Assembly: GCA_017446125.1 (NCBI GenBank)
Contig: JAFSRL010000022.1
Span: 1 to 59,165 of the forward strand
DNA: 59,165 nucleotides
Direction of reading: 5' to 3'
Origin: Lachnospiraceae bacterium
GTDB taxonomy: Bacteria; Bacillota; Clostridia; Lachnospirales; Lachnospiraceae
Positions 29,217-38,609 of this stretch are shown piece after piece. The notes under the pieces are model-generated. The model was not told the origin of the DNA. It made no database searches and saw only the letters and a program-made list of their open reading frames with translations. Position 1 is the stretch's first letter, and each line of letters starts with the position of its first letter. The position numbers and the translations under genes are program-made.

Positions 29217-31412
29217 TTACAATCCGTCCGGTAGGCTCTGCGCGTTGAACACTTCGCCTGTTTCCGGATCAATCATGGTGCCGGTTGCGGGGTCCACATA
29301 GTAGCCCGTCTCTTCATCAATCTCAAAGCTTTCAAAGAAGGGAGCCTCGCTTTCCTCCTCCAAAAGATCCGTGTATTCCTCATCCGGAACATCCGTCCCT
29401 TCGTATACGGCGGGTTCTGTGTCCTGCTGTTCCTCTTCCGCCTCCACCTGCGCCTCGTCCGTGCGAATCCAGGCGCTCTCCAAATTCTCAAGCTCCTTCG
29501 CTTCTTCCTCCGTCAGGGTCTCCGTCATGGGGATTCCCAAGTACGGCAGGGTTTCCGTTAAGATGCTGCGCACGATGCGCGTTGCGTACTTTGCGTCGTC
29601 CTGTCTTGCGGCGTTCGCGCGGTCGACCACGACATAGATGGCGATCTGCGGGTCCACGGCCGGTGCGTGTCCCATGAAGGAAACCACGTACTCACGGTTG
29701 CCTCTGGGCAGGGTTTCCGCGGTGCCCGTCTTTCCGCCGATCATATATCCCGCGGGACGCGCCGTTTTTCCCGTTCCGTTTTCGCCCGAAACCACGAGGT
29801 TGCAGTCCCTTAAAATCTGCTCCGAGGTCGAGGGGGAAACGGTCTGGCGCAGGACACGTGGCTCGATGTTTTTGATTGTCGCGCCGGACGAGGACAACAC
29901 CTTGCTCACCATGTGCGGCTCGTAGTAGTTGCCGCCGTTGATCAGTGAGCAATACCCGGAAATCATCTCGATCATCGACACGTTAAAGCTCTGGCCGAAG
30001 GAGTTGGTGGCAAGCTCCGAGGGTCCTAACTGGGATGCCGTGTAGGTCAGTCCCACGGTCCTGACTTCTCCGGCAAGGTCGATACCGGTGCGCAGTCCGA
30101 AGCCGAAGCGGTTTTGCGCCGCCGCAAACTTTGCCGCGCCCTCCGCCTGGGACACCTTCATCATCACAACGTTGCAGGACTGCTCAATGCCGCCCGCAAC
30201 GGAGATGTTGCCGTGACCAAAACCGCCGTGACACTGGATGGGCCAGCCGCCCACCTCAAGCTCGCCCGTGCAGTTGTAAACCTCTTCGCCCGTGATCGAT
30301 CCGTCCTCGATTGCGCCGGCAATCGTAAAGGGCTTCGCAACAGAACCCGGCTCATACGTGTCCGTAATGCAGAAGTTTTTCCAGAGCGCGTTGTAGTTCT
30401 GGAATAACAAATCGCCCTCCAAGGTGCTCACGTTTTCTTCCGTGATGTACTCGCCGGTCCTGTTCCCGTTTTCATCCACCATGGGCTGGCCGATTAAGGC
30501 GTCCTTGTTTCTGGTGTCGTTCAAATCAAAAAACGGTGCGCCCGCCATCGCCAGGATGTTGCCGGTGTTCACCTCCATGATGATGCAGCCCACATTGTGT
30601 GCGCCGTTCGCGGTGCGGACGTTGTTCTTGTATTCCTCGTTGAACTCCCGCAGGTACTTTGTCACGATGGTCTGGATGTTTCCGTCAATCGTTGAGACGA
30701 TGGTGTTTCCGTCTTCCGCCGGAATCGTGGTGCGCTCTAAGTTCAAGTCGTCGTCAAGGTAGCCGAACTCCCTGCCGGGATTGCCGTTCAATACATCGTC
30801 ATAGTATTCCTCAAGTCCGTAGGTGCCCTCATTGTCGCCGGTCGTAAACCCGATCACGTCAGAGGCGAGCGTCCCGTTCGGATACTTGCGGATGTAGTTT
30901 TCCTCGAACCAGATGCCCTTTACGTTTTCGTCGTAGGTTTCTGACGCACTGTCCTGCAGCGCACGAAAGCCCGCGATTTCGTCAAAGGTCATCGTCTTTT
31001 TCAAAATATAATAACGGGAGTCCGGGTGTGTCGAAACGTAACTCCTGATTTGTGTCACGTCCAGCCCGAACTCCTTTTGCAGTGCGTTTAAGGTCGGTTC
31101 CAGATACGCTTCCTTGTCCGTCAACTGTGTGGTGTCAAGGATGATGTTGTAAACCTTTTCGCTGTAGGCAAGTACCGTTCCGTTTGCGTCGACGATGTCG
31201 CCGCGCCTAAACGGGATGGTCGTCGAATCATACCGCTGCTGGGAAAGCACCTTGCGGCTGTAGTTCTCTCCCTCGTCGCGGTTGATTAAAATGAGGCGGA
31301 TGCTTAAGCCGACAAAGGCAAGTGCCGCAAGCACAAAGACCCAGATCAGCTTCTTTCTCATGGAATTGGTAAAACGCTGCGGTTTCTCCCGCACTTTTCT
31401 TGCTTCCGCCAA
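29217..31412 (-). CDS. Class B penicillin-binding protein (FtsI-like)
   Basis: N-terminal TM, RGDIVDANG, SxxK (SVAK), SxN (SCN), KTGTA; acidic C-terminal tail. Confidence 0.9.
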   Translation of the reverse strand: MAEARKVREKPQRFTNSMRKKLIWVFVLAALAFVGLSIRLILINRDEGENYSRKVLSQQRYDSTTIPFRRGDIVDANGTVLAYSEKVYNIILDTTQLTDKEAYLEPTLNALQKEFGLDVTQIRSYVSTHPDSRYYILKKTMTFDEIAGFRALQDSASETYDENVKGIWFEENYIRKYPNGTLASDVIGFTTGDNEGTYGLEEYYDDVLNGNPGREFGYLDDDLNLERTTIPAEDGNTIVSTIDGNIQTIVTKYLREFNEEYKNNVRTANGAHNVGCIIMEVNTGNILAMAGAPFFDLNDTRNKDALIGQPMVDENGNRTGEYITEENVSTLEGDLLFQNYNALWKNFCITDTYEPGSVAKPFTIAGAIEDGSITGEEVYNCTGELEVGGWPIQCHGGFGHGNISVAGGIEQSCNVVMMKVSQAEGAAKFAAAQNRFGFGLRTGIDLAGEVRTVGLTYTASQLGPSELATNSFGQSFNVSMIEMISGYCSLINGGNYYEPHMVSKVLSSSGATIKNIEPRVLRQTVSPSTSEQILRDCNLVVSGENGTGKTARPAGYMIGGKTGTAETLPRGNREYVVSFMGHAPAVDPQIAIYVVVDRANAARQDDAKYATRIVRSILTETLPYLGIPMTETLTEEEAKELENLESAWIRTDEAQVEAEEEQQDTEPAVYEGTDVPDEEYTDLLEEESEAPFFESFEIDEETGYYVDPATGTMIDPETGEVFNAQSLPDGL

Positions 31413-31424
31413 TGGTGAAATCCC

Positions 31425-31883
31425 TTACTTTGTGTTCTCCGCGGGAATCTCCGCCATCTGGTGCACATAGTCGTCGTTGCCCGCGTCGGAGTAAATGACG
31501 ATCTGACCTTCCTTCGCATACTGCATGCCCAGCTCCTCGATGGCAATCCGCTTGATTTCCTCAAGGTTCACGCTCGAGTTTGCCCTGGCATACGCCTCGT
31601 CGTTTGTGCGGCGCAAGGTGTTTAATTCACTCTCCAGGGTCGCGATGTTCTTGATGCTCGCGGTGATGGAAGCGTTCACCAGGATGTACCAGGACAGGCA
31701 CAGCGCAATCATGCCCACCGCGGCAATCATAAAGCCGAAGAACGCCACATTCCAGCGACGGGTTTTGCGCCTTCTTCCGGCTGCCGCCCCGGCGCTTCTC
31801 CTGACCTCGCGCACAGGACGCTCTTCGACTTGACGCTCCCTGCGTACGGTGTTGCCGTCAACATAGACTCGATTTTCTCTCAT
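31425..31883 (-). CDS. FtsL-like cell division protein
   Basis: YVDGNTVR N-terminus, one TM, coiled coil, IAIEELGM; lies between rsmH and the PBP gene. Confidence 0.75.
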   Translation of the reverse strand: MRENRVYVDGNTVRRERQVEERPVREVRRSAGAAAGRRRKTRRWNVAFFGFMIAAVGMIALCLSWYILVNASITASIKNIATLESELNTLRRTNDEAYARANSSVNLEEIKRIAIEELGMQYAKEGQIVIYSDAGNDDYVHQMAEIPAENTK

Positions 31884-31914
31884 GCTTCAACTCCTTGATT
31901 GTGATGTGTGTGGG

Positions 31915-32847
31915 TTAAACGTGTTCAAATATCCTTAAATGCGCGCTCTGTGCGCGGTGGTTTTTCTCCAGCTCCTCTTCCGTAGCGGTTATCGCCTTTT
32001 TCTTTACAATCCGCCCTTTGGGCTTCTTGCCGCAGACGCAGACCGGAAACGACGGCGGGCAGGTACAGGGGTTTTCCGCCTGCCGGAAGCACTTCTTGAC
32101 GATCTTGTCCTCGAGCGAATGGAAGGTGATGATGGCAAGCCTTCCGGAGGGCGCAAGGAAGTCGATCATCCCGGGGATGGCGTTCTCAAGGACCTCCAGC
32201 TCGCGGTTACAGGCGATGCGCAGTGCCTGGAAGGTCCGCTTGGACGGATGTCCCTTGCCCTGCCGCATGCGCGCCGGAATTGCCGCCTTGATGATCTCGT
32301 TTAATTCAAAGGTCGTCTCCACCGGGTGCAGTGCTCTTTGTTTGACAATGTGCTTTGCGATGTTCTTCGCAAACGGCTCCTCGCCGTAGTCTCTTATTAT
32401 ATGGAAGAGTTCCGTCTCGTCGTATTCGTTGACGATGGTACGGGCGCTTATTTCCTGCGCGGTGTCCATCCGCATGTCGAGCGGCGCATCCATCCGGTAG
32501 GAGAAGCCCCGAACCGCATCATCGAACTGGTGCGAGGAAACGCCGATGTCGAGCAGGATGCCGTTTGCCTTCTCAACGCCTTCTTCCTTCATACGCGTAA
32601 CGGCGTTTTCGTAATTGTCCTTCGTGATCATCACGCGGTCTTGAAACGGTGCTAAGCGCTTCGTTGCTTCCGCGATTGCGTCCGCATCCTTATCGAAGCC
32701 GTACAGGCGACCGCCCTCGTCTAAGCGCTTCGCGATCTCGTACGCGTGTCCCGCGCCGCCCAAGGTGCCGTCCGCATAAATGCCGTCAGGCTTAACTTGC
32801 AGCGCGTCAATCGTTTCGTTTAACAGGACCGGAATGTGATACGTCAC
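31915..32847 (-). CDS. rsmH: 16S rRNA m4C1402 methyltransferase
   Basis: [47 protein letters not shown]. Confidence 0.96.
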   Translation of the reverse strand: MTYHIPVLLNETIDALQVKPDGIYADGTLGGAGHAYEIAKRLDEGGRLYGFDKDADAIAEATKRLAPFQDRVMITKDNYENAVTRMKEEGVEKANGILLDIGVSSHQFDDAVRGFSYRMDAPLDMRMDTAQEISARTIVNEYDETELFHIIRDYGEEPFAKNIAKHIVKQRALHPVETTFELNEIIKAAIPARMRQGKGHPSKRTFQALRIACNRELEVLENAIPGMIDFLAPSGRLAIITFHSLEDKIVKKCFRQAENPCTCPPSFPVCVCGKKPKGRIVKKKAITATEEELEKNHRAQSAHLRIFEHV

Positions 32848-32856
32848 GTTATTTCC

Positions 32857-33288
32857 TTACAGGACAAGTCCGTAATCGTTCATCTTTGTGGCGATGTCGT
32901 TGATGTCGTCAAAGGCGGTTGCGCCCTCATAACGCGCTTCGGACCAGATTTCCGCACGGTTGCCCACGCCCGCGACCACCGCTTCCTTCTGAATCTGTGC
33001 GTAGCTCAAAAGGTTCGCCGGGATTAAGATTCTGCCCTGCTTGTCGATCTTCGCGTCCACTGCACCGGCAAGGAAGAATCTCGAAAGCTGTCTCGCGTCC
33101 GGATTGTTCAAGGGCAGCGCCAAAAGCTTTTCCTCGAAGGCTTCCCAGCCGTTCATGTCGAACACAAAAAGACAGCCGTCTAATCCCTTGGTCACGACGA
33201 ACGCTTCGCCCAGCGTCTCGCGCATCTTCACGGGGACGGTGAGCCTGCCCTTCATATCGATGGAATGCCGGTACTCTCCCTTAAACAT
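32857..33288 (-). CDS. mraZ: Transcriptional regulator MraZ
   Basis: GEYRHSIDMKGRL, DKQGRILIP, EIWS. Confidence 0.96.
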   Translation of the reverse strand: MFKGEYRHSIDMKGRLTVPVKMRETLGEAFVVTKGLDGCLFVFDMNGWEAFEEKLLALPLNNPDARQLSRFFLAGAVDAKIDKQGRILIPANLLSYAQIQKEAVVAGVGNRAEIWSEARYEGATAFDDINDIATKMNDYGLVL

Positions 33289-33305
33289 GGCTCCAATCCG
33301 GTGGA

Positions 33306-33382
33306 TTTACCACTTTTCCACACTTTTTGACACAATTTGCCACTTACATGACAATTTTACAGGAAATATCTGAAAATTTCAA
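33306..33382 (-). promoter_or_regulatory. dcw promoter with four MraZ-box direct repeats
   Basis: TTGAAA (33382-33377), 17 bp, TAAAAT (33359-33354), then AAGTGGCAAA-TTGTGTCAAA-AAGTGTGGAA-AAGTGGTAAA with the GTG core repeating every 10 bp. Confidence 0.75.
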
Positions 33383-33387
33383 GTAGA

Positions 33388-33526
33388 AATTTGTGAAATT
33401 ACACAGGTGACGGAGGTGTGTGTAATTCAAAGGAAGATGACAAAAGGGACGGTTCTGAGATGTCACCATGGGAAGCTGGTGACATTCAGAACCGTCCCTT
33501 ATTGTCATCTAATGTTTCACAAAATT
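33388..33526. repeat. Composite REP-like palindromic element (GGGACGG/GGTGACGG-loop hairpins)
   Basis: AATTACACA-GGTGACGGAGGTG-TGTGTAATT (33397-33427), then inverted arms at 33435-33468 and 33477-33510 (AGATGACAA(T)AAGGGACGGTTCTGA(G)ATGTCACCA), all enclosed by TTTGTGAAA/TTTCACAAA. Confidence 0.75.
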
Positions 33527-33535
33527 AAAGTATTC

Positions 33536-34417
33536 TCACCTCCGCTCCCGTCGAAGGCGCATCCGCACCGTGATGAGGCAGGTTGCGCAGAAGACAAACA
33601 GAAGCATCGCCAAAAGCTGGGAAACCGGAAGACCGGAATAGTGAAGGCGCAGCTGATCCGTCCGCAGTGCCTCAATCCACATGCGTCCGAAGCCGTAGCC
33701 GCCAAAAGCGATTAAGATCAGCTCTCCGTCGAACTTCTTCTTTTTGAAGTACCAGAGCAAAAACAGCAAAAGCCCCGTGTTCCACAGGCTCTCGTACAAA
33801 AAGGTCGGATGTGCCTGAATGTAATTGATGTTGTCCGTCACGTGCGCCATGTGCGTTGCCGTAATCTCATCGGCACGGTAGACCGCGCTCATGGGAATGC
33901 GCATCGCCAAGAGGTTGTCCGTGTACTGCCCGAATGCCTCGCGGTTCGTGAAGTTGCCAAAGCGCCCGATTGCCTGCCCGAGCAAAAGCCCCGGCACAAT
34001 GGTGTCACCCATCTTCAGAAACGACAGCTTCCGCTTCCGCACAAAGACATACACCGTGATGACGCCGGCGATGATGCCGCCGTAAATGGCAAGCCCGCCG
34101 TCGCGGATGTTGAAAATCTGTAGGATGTTTCCCTGATAGAGCCGGTTCCAGTCAAAGATGACATAGTAAATCCGCGCGCCCAGAATGGAAACGGGCATCA
34201 GCCAGAAGAAAAAATCCCAGTACGTATCCGGATCCTGGGAGGAATCCTTCGCGAGCTTCGTAATCAGGGCAAACGCCAGCAAAAAACCCGTCGTGACGCA
34301 GACCGCGTACATCGCGATCTCAAAGCCGAAGACGGAAAACGACTTCGGCACGTTCCTAAGGTAAATATGAAGATGCGGGAACGCGAGGTCCCCGGCGCCC
34401 ATAATGTCCGGCATCAC
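33536..34417 (-). CDS. lgt: Prolipoprotein diacylglyceryl transferase
   Basis: GARIYYV, GGLAIYGG, QAIGRFGNF, HPTFLYES. Confidence 0.95.
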   Translation of the reverse strand: MMPDIMGAGDLAFPHLHIYLRNVPKSFSVFGFEIAMYAVCVTTGFLLAFALITKLAKDSSQDPDTYWDFFFWLMPVSILGARIYYVIFDWNRLYQGNILQIFNIRDGGLAIYGGIIAGVITVYVFVRKRKLSFLKMGDTIVPGLLLGQAIGRFGNFTNREAFGQYTDNLLAMRIPMSAVYRADEITATHMAHVTDNINYIQAHPTFLYESLWNTGLLLFLLWYFKKKKFDGELILIAFGGYGFGRMWIEALRTDQLRLHYSGLPVSQLLAMLLFVFCATCLITVRMRLRRERR

Positions 34418-35511
34418 ACGTTGAATCGGAACAGGATGACATCACCGTCCTGCACGACATACTCCTTTCCTTCCATGCGCATCAGGCCCTTTTCCTTCGC
34501 GGCGGCGCTGGACCCCTCGCGCAACAAATCCTCGTAGCCTATGACCTCCGCCTTGATGAAGCCGCGCTCAAAATCCGTATGGATCTTGCCCGCCGCCTGC
34601 GGCGCCTTCGTACCCTTCGTGATGGTCCAGGCCCTCGTCTCGTCCTCGCCGGTGGTCAAAAAGCTCATGAGCCCCAGAGTGTCGTAGCTCGCCTCAATGA
34701 GCTTGTCGAGTCCGGATTGCGTAACACCCAAGTCCTGCAAAAACTCCGCCTTCTCCTCGTCGTCAAGCTCGGAGATTTCCTGCTCGATCTGCGCGGAAAT
34801 GACAAAAACGGCACTCCCCTCTTTCTGCGCATGCGCCTTCAGCGCCTGCACGTACGGATTCGACGCCCCGTCATCCGCAAGGTCGCTCTCCGTAACGTTC
34901 GCCGCAAAGATGACGGGCTTTTCCGTTAAGAGGTTGTACTCATGCAGCCACTTTGTCTCATCCTCGTCCGCGCACTCCATGCCGCGGACCGCGGTGTTGT
35001 TTTCCAGCCGTTCCTTGATGCGCAATAAAAACGCATGCTCCTTGCCCGCTGTCTTATCCATGCGCGCGGTCTTTGCGACCTTCGCGATGCGGCGCTCCAA
35101 TACCTCCAAATCCGCAAAGATTAACTCCAAATCAATCGTTTCCACATCGCGCACCGGATCGACGCTGCCGTCCACATGCACAACGTTGTCGTCGTCAAAG
35201 CAGCGGACCACATGGACGATGGCATCCACCTCGCGTATGTTTGCCAGAAACTGGTTGCCCAGCCCCTCGCCCTTGCTCGCGCCCTTCACGAGGCCCGCGA
35301 TGTCGACGAATTCGATCACCGCCGGCGTCACCTTCTTCGAATGGTACAGCTCACCCAGTTTTTTGATGCGCTCGTCCGGCACCGCGACAACGCCCACGTT
35401 CGGGTCGATTGTGCAGAAGGGATAATTTGCCGCTTCGGCGCCCGCCTTTGTCAATGAATTAAACAGTGTGCTCTTTCCCACGTTGGGGAGTCCGACGATA
35501 CCTAATTTCAT
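34414..35511 (-). CDS. ychF: Ribosome-binding ATPase YchF
   Basis: GIVGLPNVGKSTLFN, NYPFCTI, DIAGL, IHTDFERGFI. ATG 35511 follows TAAGGAG. Confidence 0.97.
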   Translation of the reverse strand: MKLGIVGLPNVGKSTLFNSLTKAGAEAANYPFCTIDPNVGVVAVPDERIKKLGELYHSKKVTPAVIEFVDIAGLVKGASKGEGLGNQFLANIREVDAIVHVVRCFDDDNVVHVDGSVDPVRDVETIDLELIFADLEVLERRIAKVAKTARMDKTAGKEHAFLLRIKERLENNTAVRGMECADEDETKWLHEYNLLTEKPVIFAANVTESDLADDGASNPYVQALKAHAQKEGSAVFVISAQIEQEISELDDEEKAEFLQDLGVTQSGLDKLIEASYDTLGLMSFLTTGEDETRAWTITKGTKAPQAAGKIHTDFERGFIKAEVIGYEDLLREGSSAAAKEKGLMRMEGKEYVVQDGDVILFRFNV

Positions 35512-35529
35512 AATCAACTTCTCCTTATC

Positions 35530-35603
35530 AAGTGAGTCAAGGGGACGGGTACAGTGACTCATTTTTCAAAATGAGTCACTGTACCCGTCCCCTTGACTCA
35601 CTT
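35530..35603. repeat. REP/REPIN-like palindrome, copy 2
   Basis: 36-bp perfect inverted arms (AAGTGAGTCAAGGGGACGGGTACAGTGACTCATTTT at 35530-35565; reverse complement at 35568-35603) with a 2-bp spacer. Confidence 0.88.
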
Positions 35604-36539
35604 CTTCACCTTCTTTACATACACCGGCCGCGTTCCGGCAAGCTCGTCGTGCAGCAACCGGTAGGTCTCGTAACGCTTCTTTTCAATCCTGCCGTCCTTC
35701 ACGGCGTCCTTCACCGCGCACGCGGGCTCATTGATGTGCACGCAGCCCGCAAAACGGCAGTCCTCCTCAAAGGGCGAAAACTCCGGATAGTACGCGTGCA
35801 GCTCCTTTGCCGCAATGTCCTTTAGCGCAAGCGCTGTAAACCCCGGCGTATCAATGATATACGCATCTTCCTCAAGGGGCAAGCTTCTCTCGACGCGGAA
35901 GAGCTCCGTGTGGCGCGTCGTGTTCTTTCCGCGGGCAATCTTTTTGGAGAGGTCTCCGACCTCCATTCCGGCGGAAGGCGTTAAGTAGTTGATGAGCGTC
36001 GACTTGCCAACGCCTGACGGCCCCGCCAAAACACTTGTCTTTCCCGCAAGCAACGGTAAGAGCGCTTCCAGCCCGTTTTCCTCCAGCGCACTGATCACAT
36101 GCACGTCGCAGCCGCAGGCGCGGTAGGTTTTGCGCAGGCGCTCCTCCTCCTGCGTCTCCGCAATGTCCTGCTTGTTGAAGCACACAACGACCGGTATCTC
36201 ATAGCGCTGCATCATCACCAAAAAGCGGTCCAGCAGAAGAAAGTTCGGGTCCGGCTCCCTTATGGCGAACACGACAAGCGCCTGATCGACGTTTGCCACC
36301 TCCGGTCGGATGAGAGCGTTTTTGCGCTCCAGCACCGACGTGATGTTGCCCTCCATATCCTTATCGTCCGTGATTTCAAACATCACGTTGTCGCCGGGCA
36401 AAGGCTTGATGTTTTGCTCGCGGAACAGCCCCTTCGCCTTGCACGCATAAACACCGGCCGCATGAGGCTTCACCCTGCTGCCGGTGTCCACATAATAGAA
36501 TCCCGCGATTCCTTTTACAATCTTTCCCTGTAACGCCAT
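35598..36539 (-). CDS. rsgA: Ribosome small subunit-dependent GTPase RsgA/CpgA
   Basis: NKQD, GPSGVGKS, GKNTTRH, DTPGF, C-terminal zinc motif CRFAGCVHINEPAC. Confidence 0.95.
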   Translation of the reverse strand: MALQGKIVKGIAGFYYVDTGSRVKPHAAGVYACKAKGLFREQNIKPLPGDNVMFEITDDKDMEGNITSVLERKNALIRPEVANVDQALVVFAIREPDPNFLLLDRFLVMMQRYEIPVVVCFNKQDIAETQEEERLRKTYRACGCDVHVISALEENGLEALLPLLAGKTSVLAGPSGVGKSTLINYLTPSAGMEVGDLSKKIARGKNTTRHTELFRVERSLPLEEDAYIIDTPGFTALALKDIAAKELHAYYPEFSPFEEDCRFAGCVHINEPACAVKDAVKDGRIEKKRYETYRLLHDELAGTRPVYVKKVKK

Positions 36540-36542
36540 TCC

Positions 36543-38588
36543 TTATTCCGGGTCAAAGACCACATTGCGCGTAATGACATGCTCTTCCGTCTTTGCGGGA
36601 ATCGTCGTGACTTCTCCGGTTTCCGCATTCGTCTGCGTCGTCTCCTCCGTCGTGACGGTGAAGGTAAAGGTCAGCATGCCCGTCGGGGTCGTGATGCCGC
36701 GGTAGGTGACGGAAATCGGGAAGGACGAGGTTGTGGTGTTCAATAGCGCCCTGCCCTCCGCCGGCTGCAAGTTCACCTTGACCGGAATGGACGGATTGTA
36801 CAACGGATCCTCCGTGGGTCCCTCGATGTCCGCAATATAGGAATAGGTCACCGCCGCAGGCCCCGTGGAAATTTCTAAGTTGATCACGGTGCCCTTTGCC
36901 ACACGTGTTCCGGAGCCGATCGACTGGTTGCAGATCTTATCCGTATAGCGCTCGTCCGCATAGGCGGTCGGTGTGACGCGTCCCACGCTTAAGCCTTCCT
37001 CGATGAGGATGACGGTCGCCTCTTCCTCTGTCTTTCCCAATACGTTGGGGACGACCACCTCACTGGTCTCCTCCGTTGAGGCTTCCGTCGACGCATCCGT
37101 GGGCGCGATGATCGGCGTCACCTGTGCCGGGTCTCCCACGTAGAGTGTCACGGTCGAACCGTTTCTTCCGTTCTCACCGCCCGCGGGCGACTGGCTTCCC
37201 ACAATGCCCTGACCGGATGCCTCCGCGGGGTCCTTGCGCACGACAAATCCCTTCTCTTCCAAAGAGACCCTTGCCTCCGCGTAGGTCTTTCCGACAACAT
37301 TAGGAATTGTGATGCCGTCATCCTGCGGCGCTTCGACCGGCTGCGAGGACGTATCCGTCGCAATCAGTCCCTGCTCGTTCGAGCCGGACGTGCCAAAGCC
37401 CCTGCTCAGTAAGAAAATCAACAGAATGCCCACAATCACGGCAGCCGCCACCGCCATGGCGATGGTCGCTTTTTCCATGCCCTTGTCCGTGGCTTCCGTA
37501 TTCTTTCCGGGGCGCTTGTTTCCGGTGTGCTTTGCACCTGCGCCTGCGCCCTGCCGCCTTCTTCTTGCGCCGTTTTCGCCCTGCTGCCTTGCGCGGCGCA
37601 CCTCGCGGTCCTCAAAGTCCCCCGGCTCCTCGTCGTAGGTGTCCTCATTCAAACGCAGCCCGCCGGTCATTCCCATCGTATTCATCTTGATGGAATTGCG
37701 CTCCTCATCCGTTACGGGGCGGGTCTCCCCGTCCGTATCGGGGTCTTTCAAGTCCACGAAATCCTCTTCCGGCGTAATGAGGGATTTCTTCAAATCCGTA
37801 ATCAGCTCGCCTGCCGTCTGATAGCGGCGGTCGGGGGACTTCTGACAGCACTTTAAGACAATCTTCTCAACGCTGATGGGCACATCCTGTGAAAACTCCT
37901 TGGGGTCCGGCATCGGCTCCTGAATGTGCTTGATTGCGATTGCGACCGTCGTCTCCCCGTTGAAGGGCACGCGTCCCGTGAGCATTTCAAATAAGGTCAC
38001 ACCCAGGGAGTAAATGTCAGACTTCGCGTCCGAGTACCCGCCGCGCGCCTGCTCCGGCGACGTATAATGCACGCTGCCCATGACATTTGATGTAATGGTG
38101 TTGGAGCTTGCCGCCTTCGCGATGCCGAAGTCCGTCACCTTGACCTTGCCTTCCTTGGAGATGATGATGTTCTGCGGCTTGATGTCCCTGTGAATGATGT
38201 GATTGTTGTGGGCGGCCTCCAAGCCCATGCCCACCTGAATCGCGATGCTCACCGCCTCCTTGACGGTCAGCCGCTGCTTCTTTTCAATATACTTCTTTAA
38301 CGTGATGCCCTCGACCAGCTCCATCACGATGTAATGGATGCCGGACTCCTCGCCCACGTCGTAAACGTTAACGATGTTCGGGTGCATCAAGCCCGCCGCG
38401 GCCTGTGCCTCGACGCGGAACTTCGAGACGAAATTCTCGTTTTCGGAGAACTCCTGCTTCAGCACCTTCACCGCAACGTTGCGATTCAATTTGTGATCGG
38501 TCGCCTTATAGACGTCTGACATGCCGCCGGTCCCGATCTTCTCGAGGACCTCGTAGCGGTCAGCGATCATCATTCCAATCTTTACCAT
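36543..38588 (-). CDS. pknB: PASTA-domain Ser/Thr kinase (Stk1/PrkC/PknB)
   Basis: IGTGGM, HRDIKPQN, DFGIA, SPEQARG; TM; two PASTA-like repeats (IPNVVGK, VPNVLGK). Confidence 0.93.
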   Translation of the reverse strand: MVKIGMMIADRYEVLEKIGTGGMSDVYKATDHKLNRNVAVKVLKQEFSENENFVSKFRVEAQAAAGLMHPNIVNVYDVGEESGIHYIVMELVEGITLKKYIEKKQRLTVKEAVSIAIQVGMGLEAAHNNHIIHRDIKPQNIIISKEGKVKVTDFGIAKAASSNTITSNVMGSVHYTSPEQARGGYSDAKSDIYSLGVTLFEMLTGRVPFNGETTVAIAIKHIQEPMPDPKEFSQDVPISVEKIVLKCCQKSPDRRYQTAGELITDLKKSLITPEEDFVDLKDPDTDGETRPVTDEERNSIKMNTMGMTGGLRLNEDTYDEEPGDFEDREVRRARQQGENGARRRRQGAGAGAKHTGNKRPGKNTEATDKGMEKATIAMAVAAAVIVGILLIFLLSRGFGTSGSNEQGLIATDTSSQPVEAPQDDGITIPNVVGKTYAEARVSLEEKGFVVRKDPAEASGQGIVGSQSPAGGENGRNGSTVTLYVGDPAQVTPIIAPTDASTEASTEETSEVVVPNVLGKTEEEATVILIEEGLSVGRVTPTAYADERYTDKICNQSIGSGTRVAKGTVINLEISTGPAAVTYSYIADIEGPTEDPLYNPSIPVKVNLQPAEGRALLNTTTSSFPISVTYRGITTPTGMLTFTFTVTTEETTQTNAETGEVTTIPAKTEEHVITRNVVFDPE

Positions 38589-38609
38589 GAACGCCTCTTC
38601 CTGCCCATC

